Shown here: positions 12,601-26,800 of the stretch, in pieces | Position numbering within the stretch: the stretch's first letter is position 1 | Layout of the letters: the number at the start of each line of letters is the position of its first letter | Assembly (NCBI RefSeq): GCF_001194135.2 | Contig: NC_068995.1 | Location: 31,020,781-31,084,780 of the forward strand | DNA: 64,000 bases | Direction: 5' to 3' | Source: Octopus bimaculoides | Taxonomy: Eukaryota | The notes under the pieces: generated by a model | What the model was told of the DNA's origin: nothing | The model's database searches: none | The model's input: the letters and a program-made list of their open reading frames with translations, nothing else | Made by a program: the position numbers and the translations under genes

Positions 12601-15600
12601 CATGTTGGGGGACAAATGATAGTTAGATAGGACTAAATCAGGAGAATGGAGAGGGTGTTCAACCAGTTCAAAGTCACAGTCTTGCACAGCAGCCATTCAA
12701 ACTAAGGACTTGTGTGCTGGAGCATTGTCCTCATGAAACAAGACGCTTTTCATCAGTTTTGCCTGATGTTTGACCTTGATAGCCTTTTGTAACTGCTCCA
12801 GCAAGTTGGCATAACACTCTCCATTGATGGTGAAAATAACCAATAAACATGGCTTTTGTATCTCAAAAGAACTAAGGTCATCACCTTTCCTGCAGATAAA
12901 ACTACCTTGGCCCTCTTTGGAGCAAGTGAAGAGTGGGTATTTCCATTGCATGGATTTTCTATTTGTCTCTGGCTCTAATGAAGCCAACACTCATCCTGGG
13001 TGACGAAATGTTCAAGGAAACCAGCTGGATCTGCCTCAAACAATGCCAGATTTTCCTGTGATGTGATCAACCTTGTGCACTTTTGATCAGATGTCAAAAG
13101 ACATGCTACCCACTAAGCAGAAGCCTTTGTCATGTCAAATTCATTGTGCAGGATATTCTCAACTCTCTCATGGGATATGCTAATAGTATTGGCTATTTGG
13201 TTTATAGTCAGTCGCCTGTCATCTGTCACCATGTTGTGAATACGATCAGTGTTTTCCACTTTGGTATCCTTGGAGGCTAAATCATTTTTCTGCAGTGACT
13301 TGATTACATCATGATGCCAAATTTTGTCCCATTTTCAAGAGAAGTCACTACTAGTTACTTTTGAAGTCTTTGAACAGTCAGATGTGAGTTTACCTGGAAA
13401 GAAACAATGCCATTATTAATAAGAAGCATTGAAATGAATGCATTCAAGATTTCACAGCCCTAGCATCACTTCTTCATAGTCAGCCTATGAACTTTTCAGC
13501 CCATCCTCATATCTGGAGTTCTTTTACTTATATTCTTCATTGAACATGACAACACTTTGACCCTAAAATCAATTTGTAATAATATTTGAGGATATTTACT
13601 TGTGAAAAATCTTCAAATGTGGATTTGTCACAAATCACAAGGCATTAGACAAAATGTCTTGTCTTATGGCATTTAGTCTTGTTCTTAAGTTTAAGTGCAA
13701 CTGAAGTCATCTTGGCATTTCATCATTTTGTGGTGAGGGTCACTAAAATAAGTTCAAGTACTTGTCATGTATTGATGTCTATCAAATTGACTTGTGTATG
13801 TATGTACCCTCCACCCCTAACCATGTGGATTGTCAAGATAAGTAGCATGCCAGAGATAAAATAGTTTTTGGCATTGAGTTACATCTCTTTATATTTTGTG
13901 TTCCATCCTTTTGGTACCAACCCAACTGAGATAACCACTCATTCTCTGATACCAACTTTCCTTTTTAAAATGAACAAATTCAAAATCTTCCATCAAAATT
14001 TTGTGTTAATTTATGTTCCAAACACCAGCTTAATAACGACAATGTTATTTACTAAATTCTCCACCATTTTCAAAAGTAATTGAAACAAAAGCAGTATTTT
14101 TTGGCAGAAATATGGTGATGAAAAGTGTAGATCTCCTCTTAAATGACTTTCTCTTTCATCCTTCCAAGGTCAATAAAATTGACTGAAGTCCATTTCATGA
14201 CTGTTCCCCATCCTTACCAAATTTTGGTGTTGTTCTAATGCTTGGAATCATTATTGTTATTGTTAGAACAATGAAGATTGGTTTTTATCTCTGGGGCCCT
14301 TTATCTTTTACTTGTTTTAGTCATTAGACTGCAGCCAAGCTGGAGCACCGCCTCAAAAGTTTTTACTTGAATGAATCAATTTCAGGACTTTTTTTAAGCC
14401 TTGTACTTTTTTGATTGGACCCTTTTACTGAACCACTAAGTTATGGGGAGATAAGCACAAGCGGTGATGGGGAATAAACACACACACATATGCATGCACA
14501 CAATGGGCTTCTTTCAGTTTCCGTCTGCCAAATCCACTCACAAGGCTTTGGTTTGCCTGATGTTATAGTAGAAGACACTTGCCCAAGGTGCCACACAGTG
14601 GGACTGAATCCTGAACTATGTAGTTGGGAAGCAAACTTCTTACCACACAGTCACACCTGCACCTAAAGTGTAGCATATAATCAACTACATTCCCTTTCTA
14701 CCGTCTTGTGGCTAAGTAAGAGGTGTTTCGCTGATATGATACATGGTATTGGAATCATGACTATTTCCCTGGATGAATGGCAGAAGTGGTTTGGTGCTGG
14801 GCACAATGTCTTATAGTGTTTGGTTACATCGCAAGCTTTAATTTCTGAGTTCGATCAATATCTTGTGAATGGGGTGTGGTCCTTCAGCCTGTACTGATGA
14901 GCAGTACACCTGGGTATGTGCTGCTACCATGCCAACCTGTTCAACCCATGCCAGCAAAGGAAGTTGGTGTAAAATGATGATGATGATGTATTCATTATAT
15001 TCATATATATTCTTGTCCTGTATTTGTTGATGGCAAATTTTTTTCTCTTTGTCTTTTTATTTTCTTCTTTGCAGACAGCATGTATAAAAAATAACCAGTA
15101 TGAGACCCGGCTTCAAATGAAGATTTTTCGTTGTCTTGGAAGCTGGTTCAATATAAATGCAGTTTCACAGGAGGAAATAGTCAACTCAGCAGTTTTGCAT
15201 ACAGCATTTCATGTATTGGTAAGTATCTTAGCTGTGACAGATATTCGTGTCTTTCCACAGTGTTCTGAATTTGGTCATTGCTGCTGTTGTTTTGCCAATG
15301 CGAGAGGCAGGAGACAGAGATGGCTGGAGGAATCTGGTCGTAAAGTCATCAGTGGTGCTCCAGTGGCCAGCCAGACTACAGGATATGTAATGCAATGTAA
15401 TGAATAGCTTGTTACTGTTGTTGTTTAGCATCCACTGAGTAATTTCTGATCTGTGGTTGGCATTTGGAAGGGCATCCAGCTATAAAAACCTTGCCAAAAC
15501 TGACCTCACCTATGCTTGTGCTACATAAAAAGCACTCAGTCCACTCTGTTTGGTGGTTGGTGTTAGAAAGGGCATCCAGCTGTAAAATCCCGGCTGAAAC

Positions 15601-16773
15601 AGATACAGAAGTCTAGTGCAGGCTCCTGTCAAACTGTCCAACCCATGCCAGCATGGGAGGTGGACAGTAAATGATGATGATGAGAAGAGATGGTGTGTGA
15701 TGTAATGAAAGTGAAGGTATGAAACTTTTCTGTCAATTGTCCAAAGATGGTAGATGAAGTTTGGAAGGTCACTGAACCCTTGTAAAAAGAAGAGCATGAA
15801 GGACCAAGAAATATAGGGCAAAATGGTGGGAAAGTTATGGTTGGCTAATCACTTGGAGATATGGAGGAAAGGAAGAAAATATGTCTGTTGTTGTGTAACT
15901 ATGATCTTTCTTGGAAGACTGTAGATAGACAACTGATTCAACCCCTCTCATAATGATGATGATGATGAAAATGATAATAATAATAATAATGGTTTCAAAT
16001 TTTAGCACAAGGTCAGCAAGTTTGTAGGAGGGGGAAAGTCAATTACATTGACTCCAGTGTTCAACTGGTACTTATTTTATCGATCCTGTGAAAGGCAAAG
16101 TGGACCTCAGCAAAATTTGAACTCAACATAAAGACAGATGAAATGCCACTAAGCATTTTGCCCAATGTGCTATCAGTTCTACCTGCTCATTCCCTTAATA
16201 ATGATGGACTCTCCTCTTGAAGACAACGTATGAGTGTTCAGCTTTTGCCGAACGACCTGCACAAATGATTTGTTTCTAGTGATCAAATGTATGTACTGTG
16301 CATTAGCTCTCTTTATTTTCATCAAATCAACATTGTCTGAACAGGTGCACAATGTATCATGCATCAGATGTTGAAGTGATTGCAGAGCAATGTGAAATGA
16401 AGTGTTTTGTTCAAGAACACAATGCACATCCAGTCTAGGAATTGAAATCACAATCACTAGATTATGAGTGCAACACTTTAACCACTAAGCCATGCTCCCT
16501 GATAATAATAATCCTTTCTACTAAAGGCACAAGGCCTGAAATTTTGGGGGAGGTGGTAAGTCGATTACATCGATGCCAGTACTCAGCTGGTACTTATTTT
16601 ATTGACCCCAAAAATGATGAAAAGTAAAGTCTGCCTCTTTAGAATTTGGACTCAGAACATAAAGATGGGCGAAAAACTGCTATGCATTTTTCCTGGTCTG
16701 CTAACGATTCTGCTAGCTTGCTGTCTTTGTAATCTCCTAATATAATAATGAGCATAGTGTTTTTATATATTTG

Positions 16774-16840
<67 letters not shown>

Positions 16841-19800
16841 CCAAAATCATGCAGTAGGGGTGAAAGGAGAGGCGAGAAAATAGTAATTCAGTGAAGGAGA
16901 AGTAGTGAGAGTAATAGCCATGACTGAGAGGGAGTGAGAGGAAGTAATAGCAATGAGAGAGAGGAAGTGGCAAAGAGAGCATCATGTATCTTCTACTATA
17001 ATAATCTACTATAGTAATATTCTTGTGTATTTCTCCGTCACAACATATGAATGAGAAAGGAATGGGTGATCCACCGATGGAAGTGGGATTGTGAAAAGTC
17101 AACGGTGAAACAAAAATCAAACAGCATTTCAACTGTGTGAGTATATGTGTGTGCATGTAAAAGAGAGGAATGTGAATGTTTGTGTAGTTGAGTGAGTGTG
17201 TATGTGTTTGTGTATGTTTATTTAGAAAGATACATAGAAAATAGAATTACAGACACATGTGCATTTACACATACATACATATATAAACAGACACACTTAA
17301 AAAAGGAAGGAAGTGGGCTGTGACAAAGTATAGAAAACTGTGTTCGCTACAGACTGTGCTACTCATACATATAAATGTATACATATGTACACATGAATGT
17401 GCATGCACACACATACACACAGAGTTGAGGCGCTGTTTGATTTTTTTCACCTTTTTGTATATAAAATACAATTAGCCGTCCTTTTTGATGGCACGGGGTC
17501 AGCTAGTAATAAAGATAATGATAATAAACCGAGCCTTGTAATACCTAACATTATTTACATTTCTGTGTATTGGTTGTTTTAATGTGTGAATTTATATTGT
17601 TTTACAGTCAGTCAAGGATTGTCCTTCCAATCTCCATGAAGCTGCAGCTGATTGTATCTGTTCAGCATTGTGTAGTGTAGAGGTAAGATTTATTACTGGA
17701 CTGCTAAAGGGTTAAACATGGGTGCACACATCATGGCAGCAAACCAAACAACACTTCCTTGCTTGACAACACTTTTCTACTTCACAGTTCAATGATTAAC
17801 AATAGGAAGGGCATCCTATTGTAAAACTAATAAATGGGTTAACACTGTTGTGTATATTAACTGAATTTGGGAAAGAAATTTATTTTCAGTGATGTTGGTT
17901 TGGAAACAAAAGTGAAACAATAGATTTCGGTCGGCATCTTTGTGATATTCTATATGTATTGAGTGAACCTTTAGTTTATGTTCAATGGTTTTTGTGCGAT
18001 GAGATAGACTGGTCCAAGTAAAGTATAAATAGTAACGGCCCAAGTGAGTTCAGAGTTTGGAGTTGAGTGAAGTTCATGTCAATAAGACCTATTAGCTTCC
18101 ATAGTATATTGCAAAAGCAACAAGAGCTGCAGAAGCAGCTATTACAGCAACAACTACAATAACAATTATTGGGGCAATATTCAAAGAAGTCCAAAAATGA
18201 GGTAAGTTCATTTTCACCAGACAGTGTTTCAAGCTTGATTAATGAATTCAATTATAACCCAGAGGAGGGTATAACTTTTGCATCGTACTACGGAAGGTAT
18301 GAGGAGATTTTTAAGCAAGACTGCAAATCATGGTCAGATGGACAAAAAGTGAATTTTTATTGTGAAAATTAGATCCATTAGAGTATGAATGTTACTGTAG
18401 TTTCATGTTGCCCAAAAACCCAATGAAGTTTGTTTTAAAGAAACAATAGAACTACTGTCTAACATATTTGGTGATAAAACTTCTATTTAACACTCAAATG
18501 GAGTGTTGGAATATAACGAAAGAGAATAATGATTTTATCACATGCAGGAACAGCCAGCAGAATGTGTGAAAGTTTTAAACTTAACAAACTTGCACTTGAA
18601 AAAGGAAAGTACACACACTTTACATAGTTTTAATATAATTTTTAATATATCGACTGGTTTCGCTTTCGCTATTCATGATAAGTAAACCTTAATATCATGA
18701 ATAGGGAAAGTGAAACCGGTCGATATATTAAAAATTATATCAAAACTATGTAAAGTGTGTGTACTTTTCTTTTTTAATTTCTTTTACACACACACACACA
18801 CACATATATATTTATTTATACACTTGCATATTTCTTAACTTTTGCTTTTCGTTAACAATATTCATTAATTTTCTAGGAATTGGGAAAAAATCTGGATTTA
18901 GCAAAAGCTCTGTTCCAAGGTGTTTTAACTTTGCAAGAAGCCTACCACATATCTGTGGCACAAGAGGACACTGACAAGTATGTTGGAATTTTAGTTATAT
19001 TTTTTTTGTTGTTAATACCATTAGTTTCATATAACTTAGCTTCTGTTTTTGTCTTGGATCTGCTGTAACTTAAGAAATAAGAAATTTGAGGGCTGTAATT
19101 CATGGATGGTGGTCTTACAGGAATTGAGGTGGTGGGTAAAAGCTGCCCTGTTTGTTGGGGTGAGGAGTGATTTTCTCCCAGTGTTGTTGGCTTTGCTCTT
19201 TGCTTGGATTGTTACAGCACAGCTACAACTAAATCTCTTGGAGAATTGTGGTTTTTGGTTGTGTGTGACATATGAGCCACAGCACATCGGCTTGATGCCA
19301 AGATGGCAGCCCCATCGTCCAACTGTTCTGCAGAGGACCAGCAACTTTCTCAGAAGAACCCTCAACCTGCTATGTCACTGACCAGAAGAAACTAGACTGA
19401 CCAACATCAGAATGGACCCCTGCATACCCCTGAAAAGGATGCAGAGGGGCTGGCATGGGATCACTAGCGATGGAGAGCACTGATAGACTTGGTCAGTTAT
19501 ACCTATGATGACGTCTCTGGGATCAACTACTTGGGATGACCCCAGCCCCAGCCCCGTGAAGTGAAGCAAAGTGGTTTATGGAGGAACATACTTATGAGGA
19601 GCTGTCTCTGAGGGGTCAGTGATGATGCTATTTGCCACCAGAGATAATTAATATTTGTCTATACAAATTTTCCCAACAGAATTTGACCATTAAATCATTA
19701 GAGTTTAATGTTAATGCATTTGTAGTTAGACATATGTATGTTAATTATAGCTATGTATTGCAATATGACTGTTGCTTCCATAATCAATCATCTATTCGTG

Positions 19801-20822
19801 TGGGGAATTCTATAAAGTATGAATGTATTTTCTGTTAATGTTTTCTTATCTTTGTTTGATGCTGTATGGGGTAGTGTGTTGCAAGTGCTCCTTGTTTTAG
19901 ATGCATGATTAGCCTACAAGAGATTTTTTGTATTTGTCTGCTTAATGTAACAGTTATAATTGTAAATTTGTAACTTTCACTATTACAGTTAAATTATATT
20001 TTACATTGGTTACTTGTAAGCTTGTTCTCAGGTTTACATGTCTGCAGTGTGCTCTTAATAAGGAGATTTTTTGATCTTACTGTTGTTTGTAATATATTCC
20101 TAGTATCAGCTTACAGTTTGGTGTTACGCATTTTGTGTCTCATTTTATGAAATTTCTGATTATGGGTTCATCTGATCTACACTTGACATGCACTTTATTC
20201 ATATACTACACTTTATGTGTAATATGTGTATTTTTAGTATAGATACTAATACAAATAAATGTTATCTGTCTTCAGTTTTCCTCTTTCTGTCTTTTTAACT
20301 ATATAATTGTGCCCCTTCGTTGTTTTGTCTTCTGTATCTATAGCAATGTTATTCTGGTTTGAAGCAAGCGTATTCCCAGTATTTTCATTTTTACAAATGT
20401 TTTCTTAAGTAAATGAAAGAATTTCACAGAACTCTGTTTTCATTTTCCAGAACAATCAATTATTGTAGAATTTTTGCAGAAATGGCTGAATCCTTTTTAC
20501 CTGCTATAATTTCTAGTCCAAACCAGGTAAGTTAGATTAGTTGCTGTTTCCTCTCAAGTTAGCCCTGTTGGAATAGACCTATACTCAAAGACATTCCATT
20601 CATGACCGTCCAGCACTATATTGTCCAAAGTATTTTTTTTTTAAGATCAGTTTTAGTTGTACAATTTCCCTCTTATTTGGTTAATCATTATTTTAGGAGT
20701 AGGGGAGGAATTCCGATGTGGAGACATATTTAATCATTGAAATGTTTTTGCAATTTTTAATTTAGTAAAAAAATATTTTTATTATGAATAATAATAATAA
20801 TAATAATAATTATTATTATTAT

Positions 20823-20856
<34 letters not shown>

Positions 20857-23824
20857 TGGTCAGTGCAGAAATAATTACGGTTTTTAACCATGAACTTTAA
20901 GACATTTCTTGGCTGTGGATAAATTTTAATGATCAAAATAACCACTAGAACCTGTACATGTACCCACTTCTGTTTCTACTGTAGTCACATTCACTCAAAG
21001 GGGATCTTTAGTCTTGCAAGCTGTATGGTAACCTCACTAGTGCTGGTACCATGGAAAAAGTACCCATTGCATGCTGTAAAGTGGTTGGCATTTGGAAGGA
21101 AACCAGGCCAAAGCAAACATTGGAGCATGGTGCAGTCCTCAGAGACATCAGTTCCTGTCAAACCATCCAACCCATGTCAGCATGGAACATGAAGGGTGAT
21201 GATGTATCTTAGAATTCTGGAGTCTTGAAACTAGGGAATACTTGAAAGGCATATTGAGCTGCTGCTGCTACTTGACATTATTGCAAGATGCTTGGAAAAA
21301 TGGCAGTTGGCCAGATACAGTTCTGGGAAGTGAGCTGGCTGGTGCAGAGTTTCATAGCTCTGTCAGTTGGGACTTGGTTGGATGTTGTCATTGAGAAGGT
21401 TGGTCCTTTTTGACTGACCAATACTGGATTGAACCTTGCAGTTCTTGGCTCATTTTCTTGATACTTCTCCACCCTGATGATTTTGCCAGACTTCAAGAAA
21501 CAGTAATGAATGATTCCATTTGCCAACCACCAACCTGTGACCATAATTTTCTTTTGATGTAGCTTTCATTTTGGAAAGTGTTTTGGTGCTTCACTCTGGT
21601 TCTGCCACTTCACAGGCAGCAGTTGCTTGTTTTGTAGAATCCATTTTATGTCTACTTAGGATATAATTAAAAAAATGAACTTTTTTTTCTTTTGTGGTTG
21701 CAGGAAAGACATCATAACATCCATTCTCTCATCCATTTAATTTGTGCATCCCCTGTTTGTTGAGCTTTTTGACTTTCCAATGTGATGCAAATTGTCAACA
21801 ACTGTTGGATATTTAACATTTAGTTCTGCATTCTCTTGAGTTGTTTTTCATAAGCTCATTTTAATAATGGTCCTTCGTGGGTTGTTGTCAATTGATAGTC
21901 TGTGATATTCCTCTTCCTCAAGGTTCTTGTCTCTTCTATAAAATTTTTGGAACAAGAGTTGAACTGTTGAAACTCTATGGTTGTTGACAGCCTCCTGGCT
22001 AAATGCTAGGTTGATATTGTGTTCAAGTTTGATCTTATATAATAAAATTTGCTTGAATTTACTTGTAAACCATTAGCATAAAATGAGTGAAATCTGTGCT
22101 TTAAAATGGTTAATTACATGAACCACAATTAGTTTTGCACCAACCTAATGATATTAATGGTAGTGGATGGCTGAATTAGTAGAGTGTTGGGCAAAATGCC
22201 TTGCAATATTTGTTCTGGCTCTATGTTCTGAGTTCAAATCTCACGCTTCATCTCTCTGAAGTCAATATAATAAAATATCTATCAAGAACTATGGTTGATG
22301 TAGTCATCTGTTCTCCTTCCCTGAATTTAGGCCTTGTACCTATTTAAGAAACAATTATGATTATTATTATTGTTGTTGTTGTTGTGTTTTGTTTATTGAT
22401 TTATTTATATTTTTTGCAGGGTCTTGGTGACTTTACATCCTTAGATCTGCTTTTAACATGTGTAGGCCATCACTTATATGAAGTAAGTATAAAGCTTATT
22501 GGGAAAAGTTTTGTTAGAAATAATAATAATAATAATAATGATTCTAGAAAATTCTTTTATTTTGGTATCTGAATGTCAGTGGCAATTCATGGTTTGTGAA
22601 ACATTTTCAAGAAAGTTTCATGTTTTATTTTTTGCAGGTTGCAGAAATCACTTTCAATTTTTGGTATCGTCTTTCGGAAGAACTCTACCACAAAAATGAT
22701 TCCCAGATGAATGAAATATTCCGTCCTTATATTCAGAGATTAATTGTAGCTTTATGTCGGCATTGTCAACTTGAACCTGATCACGTAAGTCTAGCATCTG
22801 TTGGAATAGTTGTATTAAGAAATGCCAGATTACAGAACATCATCATCATTATCATCATTTAACGTCCGTTGTTCATGCTGGCATGGGTTGGATGGTTTGA
22901 CTGGGCTGGCACACTGGAAGGCTGTGCCAGACTCCAAACATTTTGTCTAAATTCTTGCTGAACTTTTGTTCTAAGGAAGATGCTTCGTACTTGTTAACTT
23001 TATTTGTTTATATTATGAGATTTAAGATGATGTAGTTCTAGCTTCAAGATCATAACTTCGAATGTTGTAATATCTACATATTTATTTAATTTACTGAATC
23101 TAGTCACTTCTTGTTGTTCAGTAGTTCTCAACCATTTTTTACCCCTTTTTGATTCTGGTGGACCCCCATAACCATTCGATGATTAAAAACTAGTTTTACA
23201 GAGATTCCCTTCATAATTCGTATTTTGTCTTTCAAACATTCACTAGTGTAGGTTGAAGTGTGTAAAATGTCAGAGAGAGAAACCTAACTTTTTCTTGCAA
23301 ATTTTATTCATGAATCCATAAAATACTACTTTGGATCCCTAACTTACCATTTTGCTTTGTATGGACCCCACAAAATCTTATGTGGACTACAAGGGATCGT
23401 ATGGACCTCGGTTGAGAACCACTGTTCTGCATCAATCTAGTGCAAATGAAGGAACCTCTCTGAGGTTATTTGATCTGGGAAAAATAACTGACAGGTTTTC
23501 CTTAAATCACACTGTACTGTCGTAAAAAGGGAATGGATAATGTGGGGTTTTTTTTCCATACATGTACCAAGAAGGGAACCTCTATTCACCTGATAGAAGT
23601 AGCAATCTAATTTCCCTCTAATCACACTCCATAATGTATTCTTAGATATACTATCTCTGGAAATTAACATAATTATAGTTGAAACAATTTTTACCCAGTC
23701 TCTCTTGGATGAGGGGTGACTTGGGACATAACAACAACTACACATAGAACACACAAAGTTACTTGATAAAATTTAGCTTTCTTTTTTCAGAGTTGGAAAA
23801 CATTTTAGTCTAAACAGCTGTTTA

Positions 23825-23857
<33 letters not shown>

Positions 23858-26800
23858 CTATGTAAGACAATACACCTCATCATCATCATATTTACTGTCC
23901 ATGTTCCATGTAGGCATGGGTTGGACAGTTGTCCTAAGGAGTGCCTCATGCTCCACTGTCTGCTTTGGCATGATTTTTAAGGCTGGGTGCTCTTCCTAAT
24001 GCCGAGTGCTCTTGCTACAATGTACTTGGTGCTTTTTGTTTAGCAACAGCACCAGTGAGGTTGCCAGGTAGACTATAAACTATGAACTCCCAGTGGAAAG
24101 GAGGAACTTTATGTTAGGAGGACAGGGAGTAGAGTGGAGCAAAATATAAGAGAAAGGTCTGGAGTAGAACAAGTTTCTTACTGTGGGGGAGCAACATGAC
24201 TATTCACATTTTAGAGGAGAGAGTGAGGTTGGATGGGTGGAAGGTGATATAAGTGGTCATGAGATGTCTGAGTGGACATCTCATCATCATTGAAATCTTG
24301 AAGTTATGAGACAATGCACAATTAATTTTAAACAATTTGAACAAATCAGTTTTACATTTGACAGAGTAATCTGAATAGTAAAAAGTTAAACCATATCATC
24401 CATGTACAACTCTCACCATTCCTCAGTCAGGGAGTGGGGATGGCTCCTGCTAAATAACCATCTACAAACCACCAAGGAATTCTCTGTTCATCATTTGATC
24501 TGCTGTTTCTGACAGCTAAATGTCTCTCAAGCCACACTATGCCATGTTAAGAAAGAAAAAAAAAAAATCAAGGAAGGACATTTTGGATGAAGTGCTGGGG
24601 AAACAAAAAAGCAAAGTAGTCATTGGCTGGAGCCTCTTTGAGAGTATACGAGGAGGATAAACAACAAGAAACTGGATCCAATTCTAAAATAAAAGTTGAC
24701 TTCAATAACTGATGTTCTGTAGATTAGGTAGTTTTGTAAAAGTAAAATAACATTTAGTGGGATGGTCATGGCTGGAGCCTCTTTGTAAAAATGAAATAAC
24801 ATTTAGCGAAATGGTAATGGTTGGAGCCACCTTGTAAAAATAAAATAACATTTGATTTTCAAAGCAAATTGAATTTCTGTATGTGAACCAAGAAAATGTC
24901 TAGTAAAAGCCCCAATATTTTTTGTTGTTTTATTTAATTTTGTGTTGTTTTTTTCCTTTTTTATTACAGGAAGGTGTCCCTGATGAGAGTTCAGATTTTG
25001 GAGAGTTTAGAACGAGAGTCTCTGAATTAACGAAGGATATTATATTTATTGTTGGACCATCAGTTTGTTTTACACAGGTAGTAACTAGTTGAGAGTTTTC
25101 TTTGCACCAACATATGTATTTTCCACCAATAAACATAGATGAACATTTATATATCTTAATTTCTTTAACACCAAACCAAGAGAACCTCTGTAGTTACTCA
25201 TCTTGCTAGAAATAGCAATTAAATCTTCCAAATCACACCATACTGTCAAAAACATTGGACAGTACATTTATATACAAGTTTAGCGGAGTCAGTCTCTTTT
25301 CTATTCACTCTATCTACATCAGAAACTTTGCTGTGACTTTCCTATAAAACTCACATGAACCAATATGGAAGACTATTTGGTTATTCAACCTGACTGAAAT
25401 AACAAATCCCTCTCAAATTGCACCCTACTCTTTGAGAAATAGGAGAACACATTGGATAATGTAGTCTAGAAAAAAAAAGATGGAATCATGACAGCCGGAA
25501 AGCCTTTTTGTATATGTGCCCTTGATTTGATATCACATGCTAATTGTAAACAAACATTTGTTTACAATTAATGCCTTCTCTTTGATGGCCTAGAGATAAA
25601 CAATTAACAACAGCTTTCTACTGAAGTAATCTACTTTTAAAAAACGACAGCTCAAAATTACGTTTACAGAAATCTTACTGGAAGTCAGGATTTGAATATG
25701 AACTCAACACTCTGAGTTAATGAAACATTTGTTAATACCACAGTCCTGTCTAAGGGGGCGAGCTGACAGAATTGTTAGCATGCCAGGTAAAATGCTTAGC
25801 AGCATTTCATCTGTCTTTATGTTCTGAGTTCAAATTCCGCCAAGGTTGACTTTGCCTCTCATCCTTTTGGGATTGATAAAATAAATACCAGTTGAGTACT
25901 AGGGTTGATCTATCCCTCCCTCGAAATTGCAGGCCTTGTGCCAAAACTTGAAAGCAGTATCACAGTCCTGTCTCTGGTCAGATGGTGTATATCATTTACA
26001 AGTAAAGTTCTTCATAATGATACAAACATGTTAACTTGCTTATCCAGTAACTGTTTTTTGCATTTAACTTTGTTATAAAATAAATTTCTAAATGTTTATT
26101 TTCTAGATGTTTACAACTCTGCAGTCACAATCCGTTAGCAGTTCCTGGGATATTGCTGAGGCAGGTCTGTTTCTGATGACTGCTGTTGCCAAAAATGTTT
26201 CTCCGTAAGTATTACCTCTAAATGGGTCTCAGTTATACTAAGAAACTCAGTTATATGTAGGTTTAACAGTGTAACTATTACTGTGTAGTTAAGCATTTTG
26301 GTTAACAACTACATGGTCTTGGTTTCAATCCTACTGTGCAGCATCTTGGTCAGATGACAAAACCAATGATTTGTGAGTGGAATTTGGTTAACAACACTTA
26401 TGTGGAAGCTTGTCAGGTAGGTGGTAGATTTACTCCCTGTTTGATGCTACCATCTGGTCCTTGGGTACCTTTACCAGAATCCACTTTGACACAAACATTT
26501 GGGCATCAGATAGGATTTTCTGAGGCAGATTTTCTATGACCAGATACCCTTCCTGTTGCCAACTCTCATCTGTTTCCAAGCAAAGTAATACCCTCATAAT
26601 CAGATGTTTCCACAGAGGATTGGAAACAAATAACACTGCTTATATCATCATCATCTTCATCATCGTTTAACGTTCATTTTCCATGCTGGCATGGGTTGGA
26701 CAGCTTGACTGGGATCTGGCAAACCAGGAGGCTGCATCAGGCTCCAATCTAATCTGGCAATGTTTCTACAGCTGGGTGCCCTTCCTAACGCCAACCACTC

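Noticed and set aside
14891-14935. Hammerhead ribozyme (CTGATGAG motif)
   Set aside because: No GAAA follows the putative stem II, and no stem I/III or cleavage triplet was found.
19040-19625. GC-richer block with several 64-110 aa ORFs
   Set aside because: Probably a decayed retroelement fragment, but no diagnostic motif could be recognised, so it was not annotated.
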